Translations under genes and position numbers: made by a program | Assembly: GCA_951406725.2 (NCBI GenBank) | Contig: OX597816.1 | Location: 70,246,001-70,310,000, forward strand | Origin: Octopus vulgaris | Taxonomy: Eukaryota | Length of the DNA stretch: 64,000 bases | Direction of reading: 5' to 3' | Notes under the pieces: generated by a model | What the model saw: only the letters and a program-made list of their open reading frames with translations | Told to the model about the DNA's origin: nothing | The model's database searches: none | Shown here: piece by piece, positions 13,735 to 28,087 of the stretch | Position numbering within the stretch: the first letter of the stretch is position 1 | How the letters are laid out: each line of letters opens with the position of its first letter

Positions 13735-14080
13735 GCACATTATATATGAGACAAGCAATAAATTATAGTCACTACATAATTTTTCTTTGTTTCAGTAAAT
13801 TTGACTTACAGCTGTTTCTTATGATAGCTACTGGAAACAGCTGCATGTCAAATTTATTGCAATAAAGAAATCATATGTAATCACCATTATTTATATCTTG
13901 TCTTGCATATATCGCTGTGTGTAAAAAGCAGTAAAACCATGGATTTACAATATAGAGTGGTGATGAACTATAACCTCCGATCATCCAATGACAATACATG
14001 CATTTCTTTACTATTGTAAACGATATTGTTAGCCTGGTGTGTTAACAGAGATATTATGAAGTATTATTCCTTACAAGTAA

Positions 14081-14139
<59 letters not shown>

Positions 14140-14164
14140 TATATATATACACATATATATATAC

Positions 14165-14201
<37 letters not shown>

Positions 14202-14623
14202 CATATATATACACATATATATATGTATATATATATATATATATATATTCATACACACACACATACAAATAACTCTGCTGTAATATATTTATATATGTAT
14301 ACACACACACAAGGTGTGTAACTTAGTGTTTTGCAATCATGATTGCAATCTTGTGGGTTGGATTATTGGAGTCGGCGAAGCATTGTATTCTTGGCCTCAG
14401 CAATTCATTTTACGTTGCTTTAGTTCTGACAGTTGGGAAAAATATGTAACTCTGTGATAATCCGGAGTTTAGTTCAGAGTGTAGCGATACAGACACCAAA
14501 GGATCTGATAAACCGGCCTCACGAGCTTATGGCTCCAGATGAACCGTTGATCCGCTTTGATATTCAAGTGTGTGCGTTTGTGTGTGTGTGTACGTGCGTG
14601 TGTGTGTGTGTGTGCGCGCGTGC

Positions 14624-14672
<49 letters not shown>

Positions 14673-14950
14673 GTATATCCACGCCAACACCTGTACACAC
14701 CGAATTTCGGATAATTTTACACATATTCTTCTGTCACTTCTCATAGATTTAAAGTTGTATAGTAAAGAAAAAATAACCGGTTATCACGGGGAAAGTAATT
14801 TTTTTATGGAACTCTGGTTTTTGAAGAATCCAAAGTTATTTGCCACAGTTTCTACAAAATTATAACATTCTCCATGGCAATGTATTATGAGTATAGACGC
14901 TGATTGCAAACACCTTAATTTTGCTAAAGTCTCTGACAACATTTTGCATA
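13735..14950. repeat. Right arm of long-range inverted repeat
   Basis: For example, GCAATAAAGAAATCATATGTAATCACCAT here vs ATGGTGATTACATATGATTTCTTTATTGC at ~2733. Confidence 0.85.
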
Positions 14951-16263
14951 CAATCATGGACTAAAATACTTGAAGGAACTGTAGTATGTCTACTGTTATT
15001 CATCATCGCTCTATCAATCATAAGCTTCCTGATACTCACAGAGAATCTTACGAGTTTTTTCAGGTTACACAAAAATATTCATGGCTGTCAAAATTGCAGT
15101 AGGTGCCAGTACACTTCCGTGAGAACTAAACTTCACTGTTGACGTGTAGTTGACAAAATCTGTAATTTAACTTATCAAAATCTGAGGTCCTCAAATAAAT
15201 AGAGAATAGCCGCAAAGCAAATAATCTCATATCAAAGAATAAACCGAATCAAAAGCCTGCTACAATACGGACCTTAGAAAATGATATGACGCATCTTTCA
15301 TCAAACGCTATACTAAATTGACCTTTGTATAAGGACGTCACACTGGTTGAATCCTATGAAACAGTAGTTATATTAACCTGAAGGAAAATCTTAGTTTTCG
15401 GTACATTAAATTACTGTTCACAGCATGGCAACAGCGACACAAACACAAAACTGTTCTGGTTCAGGGAGCGTTCATTAGTGAAATAACCTCAGGTAAAAGC
15501 CTTAATTAACTGGAAGGTGTTAAAGTTCTATATCTCTATTCCCTTGACCAGCTCAAACGAATACACAGTGCTCGTTGTACAGTGAATATTCTGGGAGATC
15601 TTACTGTTAATAAGTCTTTATACATTGGAAGTCTTCCTAAAATAATTTAGCTTAAGAGACTCTCAGAGTAAATTAACTTGGGGATGTCGAGGGAAAACCG
15701 TTGGAAGAAGTGAGTTGAGAAATTAAACTTAAGGAAAACCAGGTAACAAAAAGGAAAGGGATGTGCGGTTCGATTATGTACGTTATTTGTTAAATGAGAT
15801 GTAAATTGTGACTAATTGTTAAAATAACACATGTGTGAGTGTGATAGTAGCTTTTGGTGAGGATTATGAAGTTACATCTCTCTTATGCGTAGACATATAA
15901 GTCAATCTTCGATTTGGTACAAGTTTTCTAATGTGAATCACACTTATTTTCATCCTTAAAAAGAAGGCCTTGCTATAACAGGCAACAGATTTGCTTATTC
16001 TATAAACGTTAAATCAATATGAAATATTTAAATGGAATGCAAGTATATAGGCATTTTGTTGTTGGCGGGATTTTGTGATTAGCAGTTTGCTTGCCGACCA
16101 TGTGGGTCCATGTTCCGTCGCACTTATCATGTTGAGCAAGTGAATTCTACTAAGGTCCCGGAGCGACATAACACTTGTGAGTGAATTTCGGAGACGGAAA
16201 CTGAAAGAAACTCGTTGTGCCATTAAGTTAGGCATGGCCTGGTCCAATACTATCAAAGTATAC

Positions 16264-16344
<81 letters not shown>

Positions 16345-16895
16345 TGTATGTATGTATGTATGTGTGGGTGTGTGTATATATTTGTTATATATTGTTAAAT
16401 AATGGAATCTGACATCCCTACATGTAGTTTAGAATCGCTATTGAAATATAAATACAAAAACTCGAATACAGAACCCATCCAAAAAGACGCGTTGCATACT
16501 GAGTTTTCATGTTTATATATCGAGGAATTTCGTTCTAAAAGTCCTACAAACAGTGCGCCAAAATCTGGAGTAAAACCAGCAGTGAAATTAACATTTAGCA
16601 GTGGATTTACCCGACTCGTAGAAATAAAATATTTTGAAATATTAATTTTAGGGTAAAAATTAAATATTAATCTTTTTCCACTGGCTAGCGTCAGTAAAAA
16701 ATATCTGTAGACTGCAAATATTATCATATAATATGTGTGTATAAGAGTTATACAATGTGGGAAAGCCAAGGTGTCACGCAGTGGGACTGAACCCGGAACT
16801 ATGTGGTTGGTAAGCAAGGCACTTGCCACGCAGCTACACCTATACATATATATTGTATATACATATATGATATATATATTTTTTTTTACATATAC

Positions 16896-16940
<45 letters not shown>

Positions 16941-16991
16941 TATATATATATATATATACATCTATCTATCTATGTATATGTACATATATAA

Positions 16992-17068
<77 letters not shown>

Positions 17069-17151
17069 TGTAGGTGTATATATATATACATACATATAAT
17101 ATATATTTTATATATATAATATATATTTATGTATGTATTATGTATATATGT

Positions 17152-17208
<57 letters not shown>

Positions 17209-17657
17209 TTTATATAGGTACCATATATAAGTATTATCTATGTGTGAGTGTTTGTGTGTGTCTGTGTCTTTGTCAGTGTCTGTATGTGTATGCATAAATA
17301 TATACATACATATATATCCAAGTATATTGATAGACAAGCAGACAGATAGAAAGATGGTCGCATATTCATAGACATATACATGTATAGAGACATCCAAACA
17401 AACATATGTTGGCACACACTTTTACTGCTACAAAATAGCACAGTCGTTAAACCATCAGAAATAAAATAAAAAAAAACTTAGTTGTATTTTTCCGACTTCT
17501 TGCAAATATTCATAAAGTCATTATTTTTCTACAGAATTGAATGTTAAACGCAATAAATATGACATCTCATACAATGAATGAAAGATAAATAAGCTCGATA
17601 AATGCCATTCCGAAACACCATAAACGTACATTGAAGTCCAGAAGTAATAACACTGTT

Positions 17658-17776
17658 GGAATGCTTTATGTTTGTGACAGCTGGATGTTTTTTTATTTTT
17701 GTATTCATATATAAGAACTTAACTGTACAACACTAATAGTTAAATTACAGCAATATTTACGAAGACTCTCTCAGAG
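17658..17776 (+). promoter_or_regulatory. Paralogous promoter and putative non-coding first exon (orphan, or alternative 5' exon of locus 2)
   Basis: GGAATG..TTTGTGACAGCTGG (17671-17684), ATTCATATATAAGAAC, TACGAAGA and donor GAG|GTAAGA at 17776/17777, matching the 7.6 kb promoter. Confidence 0.5.
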
Positions 17777-18154
17777 GTAAGAGGCATCGTATGTGTATGT
17801 ATACATATGTTTTTTTAATGGTTGAAATGATGTGAAAAATTCTGATAGCAATCGGTGACAACGCATTGCTGTATTTCTTCAAACTTCTTAATGTCTTTCT
17901 TCAAATTGTTCAAGTCAACTTTGCATTTTATCCTGCGATAAAATATAGTACTAATCAAGTGCTGGACCTTCTAGAACCGTGTTCACTCGCCCTAAAATTT
18001 TCTGCTTTTCTGCATAATTCTGAATCCAGTTTATGAAATGATTTTTAATTCTGGTTGGTTATAAAATCTATCTCTGTAATTTTAATATTCTTTTAATTCA
18101 ATTATTTCTAGTTTTTGTTTTATTTTTTAAAAAATAAAGAGATTGCAGTCAGTT

Positions 18155-18990
18155 ACCTTGTCTAGGTTCGCTTTTAGCACATCCTTCACCGAGTTGAATA
18201 CTCTTCATCCTGCTCTTACCCTTCACGGGATCTCATTTTCCATCTCTCTCCTCTTAGTCACTTTTTGACCGAGGTACACATAGCTGCTCACCTCTTCTAT
18301 TTCATCGCCTCCAACTGTTAGTCGACAGATCGGTACGCCTTCAGACCGTATGTATTTGGTTTTCGTACGGTTGATTTTCAGGCCGATAGCAGGACCCCTG
18401 AACCCTGTTCGTCCAGCATGGTCAGCAGCCTATCGGTGCTCTCCGTTATCAGTGCTGTGTCATCAGCGAATCTTATATGGGTAAGCAACTCTCCGTTTAT
18501 CCTTATGCCTTCGTTGCAGTTCGGGTCTCGCATGACCATGTCGAGACACGCCGTGAATAGCGTATATGCATGTGAGACTTGGGCCTTGACAAAGAGAGAA
18601 GAATGATATCTGCTTACGGTGCAGAGAGTCATGGAAAGGTCGATGTTGGCAATCTCACCAAGACATCACATCCAGAACAAGGAGATCAGGGATACAACTG
18701 GAGTTAAGGACATCGTTGCAGAATACCACCACACAAAGCTACAATAGGCCGGTCATGTCGCAAGATTCACAGATAATCGGTGGACCTGTGCAGTTGCCAA
18801 GTGGTACCTGCGCGATTGGAAGACACCACTCGGAAGAACCTCCAGTCAGGTGGGAAGATGATTTAAGAAAGATATTTGGAACAATGTGGAGGGGAATGGC
18901 AAGAGCACGAGGGGAAGGGAGCAAATTCTGAGGCCAGCGGAGCCGACACGCATCAAAATGCCTCGTCGATCCAAGTGATCAAGGTGAAAA
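18155..18990 (+). mobile_element. RTE-clade LINE 3' fragment with inverted 5' part
   Basis: + strand YACETWALT...AGHVAR..DNRWT (18545-18980). The adjacent minus-strand RT motif is GIRINGELLTHIRFADD (18380-18545). Confidence 0.75.
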
Positions 18991-21247
18991 AAATATTACC
19001 TTTTTTGAACAACTGCTATGTCGGTAACCGTTCAGCGTTGCGAAAATTTCTGTTTCCTCAGCTTATAAATAAATGGAAGAGAAATATTGTACTAGGCTTA
19101 TGCATGATGATATGATATTATTTATCTCTATGTTTGACGTACATGAGAAATTCATTATATTTTGGTCTATGAAAACAATATGATTGATTATTTTTAAGAA
19201 TTAATCTACATGAACACACAAGAGCTGAAAAGTGCCCAGTGCAATCGTGTTGCAAAGCACAATAAAACAATACGTAAACAAAACGGTTTCTAGCTTTTCT
19301 CAAACTCATAAGTTGTGCAAGTATGTTGGTGATGAACATCAGCAGTTTAAACTACCACTAGCAGATGAAGTGTAACAATAATAACAACACGAAACACAAT
19401 AGAAATTTCAGGGATATTTCTCATGATTATAGTGAACTATTCTGAGAAGAATTAATCATGTAGAATATAAATTTTGTCATGGAATTAAATTTTATTAGCT
19501 AAACAGATTACTTAATACAACAATTATATGACCACCAACTTTGTTGTTCAACAAATATTCCACAAAAAGATGTGTTCTCTGTCAGTTAATAATAGTTTAT
19601 GGAAATGAAACGAAACCAAACAATTACAAATCAACAAATAATTCATATTACTAGGGAGAGTTTACGAAAAAGAAACAAAAGACGAAGACAGGTGGTGTAC
19701 AAACAAACAGATGTATTAGTATAACGCTCAGGAATAGAAAAAGTCTTTTACGTTTCGAGCCTACGCTCTTCTACAGAAAGGGACACAGAAAAAACAAGAA
19801 GAGAAAGAAATGTGTGTAGCGGCTAACGATCTATCATGGCGACGACATTATAAATAGGAAATTTATATAGATCAGATATATAAACCTATCTGACATGAGA
19901 GAGACAAGTCCTTCCGTTCTGTCAGAGGTCTATAATCTAGATTTTCTTTTAAATTGTTGCCTATGATATCATACATTGTCTATTGATTTTATTCAATAAA
20001 TTGTATACAAGCATCGAATATAATTTATTGACGATGATCATAAAGACACTTTAAAAATTCGGTGCAATCTCCAGGATCTCCATTTTGAAGATGTATTTTC
20101 ATGTAATAATGTCGATATTTAACCTTAACGCCTAAAATTATAAAAGAATAAACGTTGTCTCAATTCCGCAGTATGATATTTAAAAATCAAGGCAAAGATA
20201 CATCGTACTTATCATATCAAGGCAGCCACATTCATTTCCTTCATCTCTTTCTTTGAACCTGATTTACACTGTCTACAGTATACAAATCAGCTTTCAGCGT
20301 GGTCTCCATTTACAACTGTTGGCTGTCAGTGCAAATCTCTCATTATTTTCCTCAATATCTACGCATGTCCCGACCAATTATTCACACCTATTTGTTGTTT
20401 GAACTCCATAATTTTATTTTTATTATTATGGATGACACAACATTATTTAGTCTAATCTTTATGAAATATAATTGTTCTAATTTATTTTACAAGTTACGTG
20501 AATTTCTTGAAGCAATTAACAAACGATTTGTTGCAGTAATATAGTCATAAAATTTATACTGATAACATACAACTGAGAGACATTTACGACTAGATAAATA
20601 ATGCACATTATATACATCAGTCTGATGTATATAATATGTCTTTTTCTTTTTTTCTTTTTTTTCTTTATTGCCCACAAGGGGCTAAACATAGAGGGGACAA
20701 ACAAGGACAGTCAAAGGTATTAAGTCGATTTCATCAGTGCGTAACTGGTAATTAATTTATCGACCCCGAAAGGATGAAAGGCAAAGTCGACCTCGGCGGA
20801 ATTTGAACTCAGAACGTAACGGGTATATAATGTCACCCTTCTGATACGGTGATGTACATAATGTCAACTGTCTGATACAGTGATCACTATATTAGAAAAC
20901 CCTTTTGGCGTTCTGAGTTGCAATTCCGCCGAGGTTGACAATGCCTTTCCTCTTCTCGAGGTCGATAAAATAAGTACCATGTGAGTACCGGGATCGATGT
21001 AATCAACCTTTGCCCTTCCCCAAAATTGGTGGCCTGGTTTCAAAATTTTGAAACCCATATATTAGAAAAGCCTATTAAGAATTAGCATTTTTCTTTCCAT
21101 AAAAAAGTTTGTTTTATTTTAATTTAATCATAGAACTAGGTGAGATGTGCTTTAAAATGTACATGTACAAAGGCTAGGCATCTCAATAACGACATCCCAA
21201 ATTTTGATGTTCCTGAGAAGACATAAAAGAGTGTATCGTATACGGTA

Positions 21248-21535
21248 TGGATGCGCAATGACCCAGTGGTTAGGGCAGCGGACTCGCGGTTTCGATTCTC
21301 AGACCGGGCGTTGTGTGTGTTTATTGAGCGAAAGCACCTAAAGCTCCACGATGCTCCGGCAGGGGTGGTGGTGACCCCTGTTGTACTCTTTCGCCATAAC
21401 TTTCTCTCACTCTTTCTTCCTGTTTCTTGGGTAACGCTGCGATGGACTGGCGTCCCGTCCAGCTGGGAGGGACACATACGCCACAGAAACTGGGAAACCG
21501 GTCCCATGAGCCTGGCTAGGCTTGAAAAGGGCTAA
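21248..21535 (+). mobile_element. tRNA-derived SINE family C
   Basis: A/B-box-like head GCGCAATGACCCAGTGGTTAGGGCAGCGGACTCGCGG; related copies elsewhere in the window. Confidence 0.85.
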
Positions 21536-22718
21536 TAAATAAAAAAAAATTAAAATCGTCTACGGTAGCTGTTCTAACATGGAAATATTGAACAAATAGT
21601 TTAATACAAGGCTTGAAGCAGTGAGATATTATAGTGATGACATCAATTTAGAATTATTTGAAAGATAAGAGATCGTACTGGAAGTTTGTACTACTGGAAA
21701 TTGGATAGAATTGGATTGATATGGTGGCAATGGTTTATCAGAGAGAATCTGTTCTTAAAATAAGAAGAACTGACGTTGGTCGGATTCATGTGAAGTAATA
21801 AAGCAAGTCTCCAGTAGTTATCTCTATGTAAATAATCTCAGAGAATCAGAAATGTTCGAGACTATGAAAGAAACTGGTTATTTACGTTGGATTCCATCAC
21901 ACACGTGACAATGATATTGGCGATGAAAGCTTATTCTGTAATGATCGATTGTTTGGTACAGATTCCAGTAAGGAGAAAATGCTTTCGTTCAATTAGCAAT
22001 GAACGGCAGCTTTTGAGTGACAATTATTCGGTAGCCAAGATAAAACTCGGATGCCGTGGTGAAAATCCACACCACCATCTCTCCAGTTATCCGGCCATCG
22101 GAAAAACGCTATGAAAAAAGACCGTTACACAAAGGGAAATTACTGTGTTATTGACGCTATTTAGACAAACGCGCAATTCGAATGACCGCTAATTAAGGTA
22201 AGGCGTAAACGCTTCTGTTCATACGTACACATGTGCGCTCGCACACCCACGTGCGTACGCATGCATCACTAGAAAAACGTGCACATCTTCACTCGCATCT
22301 TTCGCCAAATGTATCACATCGAAACTAATTATGACTTAATTTTTCTTCTCACACCGTCTCCAATTAAGGGATATTATTAATTAATATCCTAGAAACAGCT
22401 GTAAGACCTTCTATCTATAAATGCTCTAATATCTATAAAGCCTTGGTTTTTATATCTCATTACGCAAAAAATTCTTATATATACATACATATATATGCGT
22501 GTGTGTGTGCGCGTGTGCGTGTGTATGTGTGTGTGTGTGTGTGCGTTAGTTGTGTTTTTGTATAGTCGCCCTTAGCTGTATTTTTTCCTAAGCTTTTGAA
22601 AAGCTTCCGAAGATATTGTATCCTCACAATTGAAAATGATAGGGTATCTTGCCCATAAACGTGAAAAAATAATCAACACAGGCATATTTTCAATAATTGC
22701 TATACATATATATATATA

Positions 22719-22750
<32 letters not shown>

Positions 22751-23856
22751 CATATATATTGGTAAAAACGGTAAGATAACAAAAGAAAGAAAGAGACCTC
22801 AATATTATGTAAATAGAGGAAATTTATCTATAAAATAATATGTTACATTTACTCAATAGTCAAGATAAAACTCTGAGTTTCAGATGCCGAAGTGGAAATC
22901 CACAACACCATCTCTTCGGTTATCTGGCCATCTAAAAAACGCTATGAAAAAATACCGTTATATAAAGGGAAATTACTGTATTATAATTCGGCTCGCGAAC
23001 CCACGTGCGTACTTATACGTCACTATGAAAACGTACACATCTTCACTCGCATTTTTCGCCAAATATATATGCATATATATACAAACTCATACACATACAC
23101 ATGCGTACCGTAACAGTTCATACATACGTCTATATATGCACAAGCACAAGAAAAACCATGGTTAAAAGTAACAGAAAAAAACATAAGGAAGTATACAAAG
23201 CATAAAAATCACGTTCATATACGGACATGCCCCTATTCACTCATACACACGCGCGCCCATACCCGCACATATTTATATACGCATACATACACACGCATAT
23301 ACAAAAAATTAATATACATATGTCCCACCCACCCCAAAAAAATGGAAAAAACTAAGTAAAAACGTCTATATATATATGTGCATTCTTATGGCCGCACACA
23401 TCTAAAACTGCCCACTCATACATATTCCCACACGTGTACAAATGAATCTATATACACGTCTATATAGGCACAGGAAAAAATGCAGGATAAAAAAGTACAG
23501 AAAAAATTATGTGTGAAAATATATAAATATATGAAAGTTCACGTCAAACCGCTGACTGAGTAAAGTTCACTATTCAATGCATGGGATAAGGCCTAAACAA
23601 ACACATTATCGATTTTTACACTTGCGAGATGAATTTCGGAACAGAGATAGCGCAGTTCAATTTTAATTCGCCTAAACTTTAAGTGACCCATTTTTTGTGG
23701 TTCTACGATTTGTTGGCTAGGAGGAGATGTGCCGGGAAGTTAAACACACAGACACATATACACACACAGACACACAAGTTGAGTTTTATATATATAGATA
23801 TATTTCTTATGATGATAGAAACACGACCATTGAAATCACGACCATTGAAATCAAGA

Positions 23857-23962
23857 AGTGATAACCTAATCAGGTTGTCTTATACTTTGAACAGTTGGAA
23901 GTATGATTCTTATATAAGAGCACAGTTAGCTACTGCAGGTTATACATAGAAACATTTACAAG
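23857..23962 (+). promoter_or_regulatory. Promoter and putative non-coding exon 1 of peptide locus 2
   Basis: AAGTGATAA, TTTGAACAGTTGG, GATTCTTATATAAGAGCA (23905-23922). Donor AAG|GTAAGTTTCACTGTTCCTAT resembles GTAAGTTTCATTCTTCCTAT at 7689. Confidence 0.6.
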
Positions 23963-24116
23963 GTAAGTTTCACTGTTCCTATAACTTGCTTGGCTGCTTC
24001 TGTAATGCTCGGAGCTGTATTGTACCTATCTTACTATTAATGACATATTGTAATATCCACTCCTGCTACTGCTGCATAACATAAACGAGATGTAACGTAT
24101 TGCCTCATGTTGGACG

Positions 24117-24155
<39 letters not shown>

Positions 24156-24695
24156 TATAGGGTAGCGAATATTCTTTAGAAATATCACCACCAGTGGCCT
24201 AGCATGTATAGTCAATAGACAACATATTCTTAATATAAAATAGTGTACAATTAAACACAAGAGAAAACTACCCTTTAACGGGTAATTTTTGATGTTGTTT
24301 TGATGATGTGATCTAAATTGTTTACGTGTAACATCTACTGTACATAAGATGTCTGTTTAGACATATTGCAAGTTACGGCTGCGCGTTCTTTGTAAACGAT
24401 TAGTAACTTCCAAAGTATTTAATATCCTTTGATAGGAAATGAAAACGTTGAGATGCGGTTGTTAATGTATTGACCAGGAGAACTTCTCAGATATTTTAAG
24501 AGATAAAAATGTGAACTTTTAATCTTCGTTAATGTCATTCGTGATTGAGTAATTAGCTGTAATGTAGAATTGTCGTATCAATATGTGTTGTTCGTATACC
24601 ACAGTACTTCTGATGGATGTATAATCATCAATTATCTATTAATCATGTGTAATCTTATCTAACATAAACAGAGATTACATGAGAAATGTTCTAAT

Positions 24696-25062
24696 ACACA
24701 GTATTCCAATCCAACTGATTTCGATATAATGTAACATATACGTAACATATATAAATCAGATCTTATAAGCATACATATATACATAGGTACATAGATACAG
24801 ACATTTGTTCGTGTATGTATCCGAGTTTGTATCAAAATGTATAGAAGAATATATTAATCAATAAAATTCCAATATACAGTATTCCAATCCAACTGATTTC
24901 GATATAATATAACATATATGTAACATATACTATATACGTAAGATATATTAATCAGATTGTATAAGCATACATATATACATAGGTACATAGATACAGACAT
25001 TTGTTCGTGTGTGTATTCGAGTTTGTATCATTGTGTATAGAATATATTAATCAATAAAATTC
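24696..25062. repeat. Tandem duplication, period ~178 bp
   Basis: ACAGTATTCCAATCCAACTGATTTCGATATA...TATATTAATCAATAAAATTC occurs twice. Confidence 0.85.
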
Positions 25063-25377
25063 TAATTTAGTCCGATTTTCATGTTTTATTTTTTGTAATG
25101 TTTGCAATTTTACAATATTGAAAGAAACTAGTATTTTTATGCGTTACGCAATCTTAAGGTTTGTCTAGCGACATTCGTGTTTCACAATTGACAACTATCA
25201 ATATTTCCCGGATAAGGATGGCATTAGTTCTTTAAGTTCCTTCAGTTTTTTTGTTTTTTTTTTCAATAGACCAATTAATTGAGTAAACCCATCAATGATA
25301 ATAACAGTTGTACGTCAAATTTACTGCGATAAAAGAATATATAATGACCATCATCTACGCTTTGATTTGTATATATA

Positions 25378-26641
25378 CGAGGGGCGTTCAATAAGTAATG
25401 CCCCTGACCCACTTCCCATAGCAGTAGAGCAACGAAACTTGGCGCAGTTATTAGTCTTTTTCTACATAGGAACCACCCAGAGTTACGCCTTTCTCTCATC
25501 GTTTGATGCAGCTCTGGAGACCGTTTTTGTAGGAGACCCCAGCTTGGTCCTCCAACCACGACGTAACTTCAGAAATCAAGGCTGCATCATCTGGGAAACG
25601 CTTTCCTTTCAAAAACAACTTCATGGCTGGGAAGAGATGAAAATCAGAGGGTGCAAGGTCGGGAGAGTAGGGGGATGGGGGAGGAGTTCATAGCCGCACG
25701 CCTGTGCTTCTGATCTGGCGACACGCGAGTTGTTGACCGGAGCGTTTTCCTGCAGGAGGAGGATGCCTTTGCTGATCTTGCCCCGCCTCTTGATTTTGAT
25801 AGCTTCTTTTAATTTCCTCAAAAGTGAAGCACTATAGGCTCCTGTATTTGTGGTACCCTTTGCCAGGAAATCTGTCATCATTACTCCGTCCTGGTCCCAG
25901 AAGATTGTGGGCATGATCTTGCCAGTGGAGGGCTGCACACTTGCCTTCTTTGGAGGAGGTGAGTCACGGTGCTTCCACTGCATTGACTGGGCTTTGGTCT
26001 CTGGATCATAGTGATCGACCCAGGTTTCATCCTGTGTAATCAGTCTTTTGAAAAAGTTTGACTCATCTTCTTGGCACATCTCCAAATTCATCCTCGAGCA
26101 CTCGACGCGTTCTTGCTTCTGGAAAGGTGTGAGCAACCTGGGAATCCATCTGGCAGACACCTTTTGCATATGCAAATAGTCATGAATGATAGTTGCCACA
26201 GACCCGGTACTAATCTTGACCTCATAGACTATTTGGCGAATAGTTATGCGTCGATCTTCCAAAATGGCAGCCTCAACTTGACGGACAGATACCTCATCAA
26301 TGGCAGGAGGGTGACCAGATCTCGGAGCTGTTTCCACAGAGTTCCGACCATGTTTGAATTCACGATGCCAGCATTTTACAAGGTCATATGATGGGGCATC
26401 ATCACCATAAGTTACTTTCATTTCAGCAAAAGTGTCCCGTGGTGTGCGTCCTTTCAAATACAAAAACCGGATCAACAGGCTCCATTTCACACTTGACTCA
26501 GTTCAAACACCTGTAATTCAGAAACCACAATTAGTTCAGAACTGTAATTTTCCACTTAATCTATAGAGATATCAATAACTGCACATGCTAGATCAAAAAA
26601 CTGCAAGTGGGCCAGAGGCATTACTTATTGAACGCCCCTCG
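25378..26641 (-). mobile_element. Full-length mariner element (irritans/Himar-like) with inactivated transposase
   Basis: TIR CGAGGGGCGTTCAATAAGTAATGCC at both ends with TA TSD. ORF 25621-26490 has WIPRLLT, TQDETW and FWD. The second catalytic D reads E (QENAP), and there is a frameshift before YSPDL. Confidence 0.95.
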
Positions 26642-26644
26642 TAT

Positions 26645-26688
<44 letters not shown>

Positions 26689-27912
26689 AATACAAAATGG
26701 GAGGAGAACATAAATCATCCGGACAACTAGGTGATACAAAAAAGGACAACAAAACATCCAGATAGACGATACAAAGAAACAAGGACGGCCCATTCGAAGC
26801 TTTCAATCCTCAGTCAAGAACCGGATCATCCTCGCAATTTCGGCTGATTAATCTTGAGATTGCTCCAATCTGGCCGGCTTCAAGGAAAAACTAAGCTAAG
26901 AGCATTAAATTCCTTGGAAGAAAGCATCGAATGTATACGAAAACAAGGACGGGAAAACAGACGATGTTACACGAATATAAATACAAAATACAATAAAAAT
27001 AAAAGTAATTATAACAGGACATAACAACAGGTGTCTTTCGACAGGGGACGAATTGAATTCAACCGGCGTGTGTGGAAATGAAGCCTTACGGCAGAGATAC
27101 AAGACTTTCTTAAACACAGGGAAGAATATCGATGTGTCAGTGACCACAGTCAGACGCAAAAAGAGGGCTTTATATCTTTTACTTATTTCATTCATGCTGA
27201 AGCACCGTCTTGGAGTGTTTTCATCGAATACAACCCAGTGCTTATTTTCTTTTTAAGCCTAGTTATTCTGCTGTCGTCCCTTTTGCCGAATCGCTAAGTT
27301 ACAGGGACGTAAACGCAAGCACTGGTTGTCAAGCGGTGGTGACGGACAATCACAAACACACACACACACACACATAAATATGTGTGTGTGTGTTTGTGTG
27401 TGTGTGTATATACATTACGGTCTTCTTTCAGTGACCCTCAACCAAATCCACTCACAAGGATTTGGTCGGCCCAAGGATATAGTAGACGCAGTGGGATTGA
27501 ACTCGGAACCATGTGGTTTGGAAGCAATCTCCTTACCACACATCTATAAACTGCCTAGTCTTATAGACGGCTCGTCGGACGCCAATGGCTATGGTATATA
27601 ACCTCTTCTCAAATTGATTAGAGGCGTAAAATTTGCCGACTGAAGATGATCTCAGGGTGACAACCGCATCCAACCTAAGGTTCAGACAATATATACATTT
27701 GGTTACAAAATTAACTAACATTTTTCTATGTCCAATTTGAAAACAGGTTATATGCATACGGCCATTAGAACCCTTCGAGCCGGCCATAAGTTTAAGAGCT
27801 TTATAGATGCGAAACCATTGGCAATTCTATGACCGACCATATAATTAACTTCCTATAAAGATATAAATACATTACTACTCTCACGTTTTCTTTCGGATAT
27901 ATAATCTGCTGA

Positions 27913-27970
<58 letters not shown>

Positions 27971-28006
27971 AGTACTAGTCCTGTAGAAGCTCCTTCTATA
28001 TAATAA

Positions 28007-28042
<36 letters not shown>

Positions 28043-28087
28043 ACATATATTCTTGTTTCACTCATTTGACTGGTGGTGTTACATATA

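Noticed and set aside
16395-16700. Non-repetitive ORFs on both strands
   Set aside because: No recognisable motif or convincing splice sites; flanked by microsatellites and SINE remnants.
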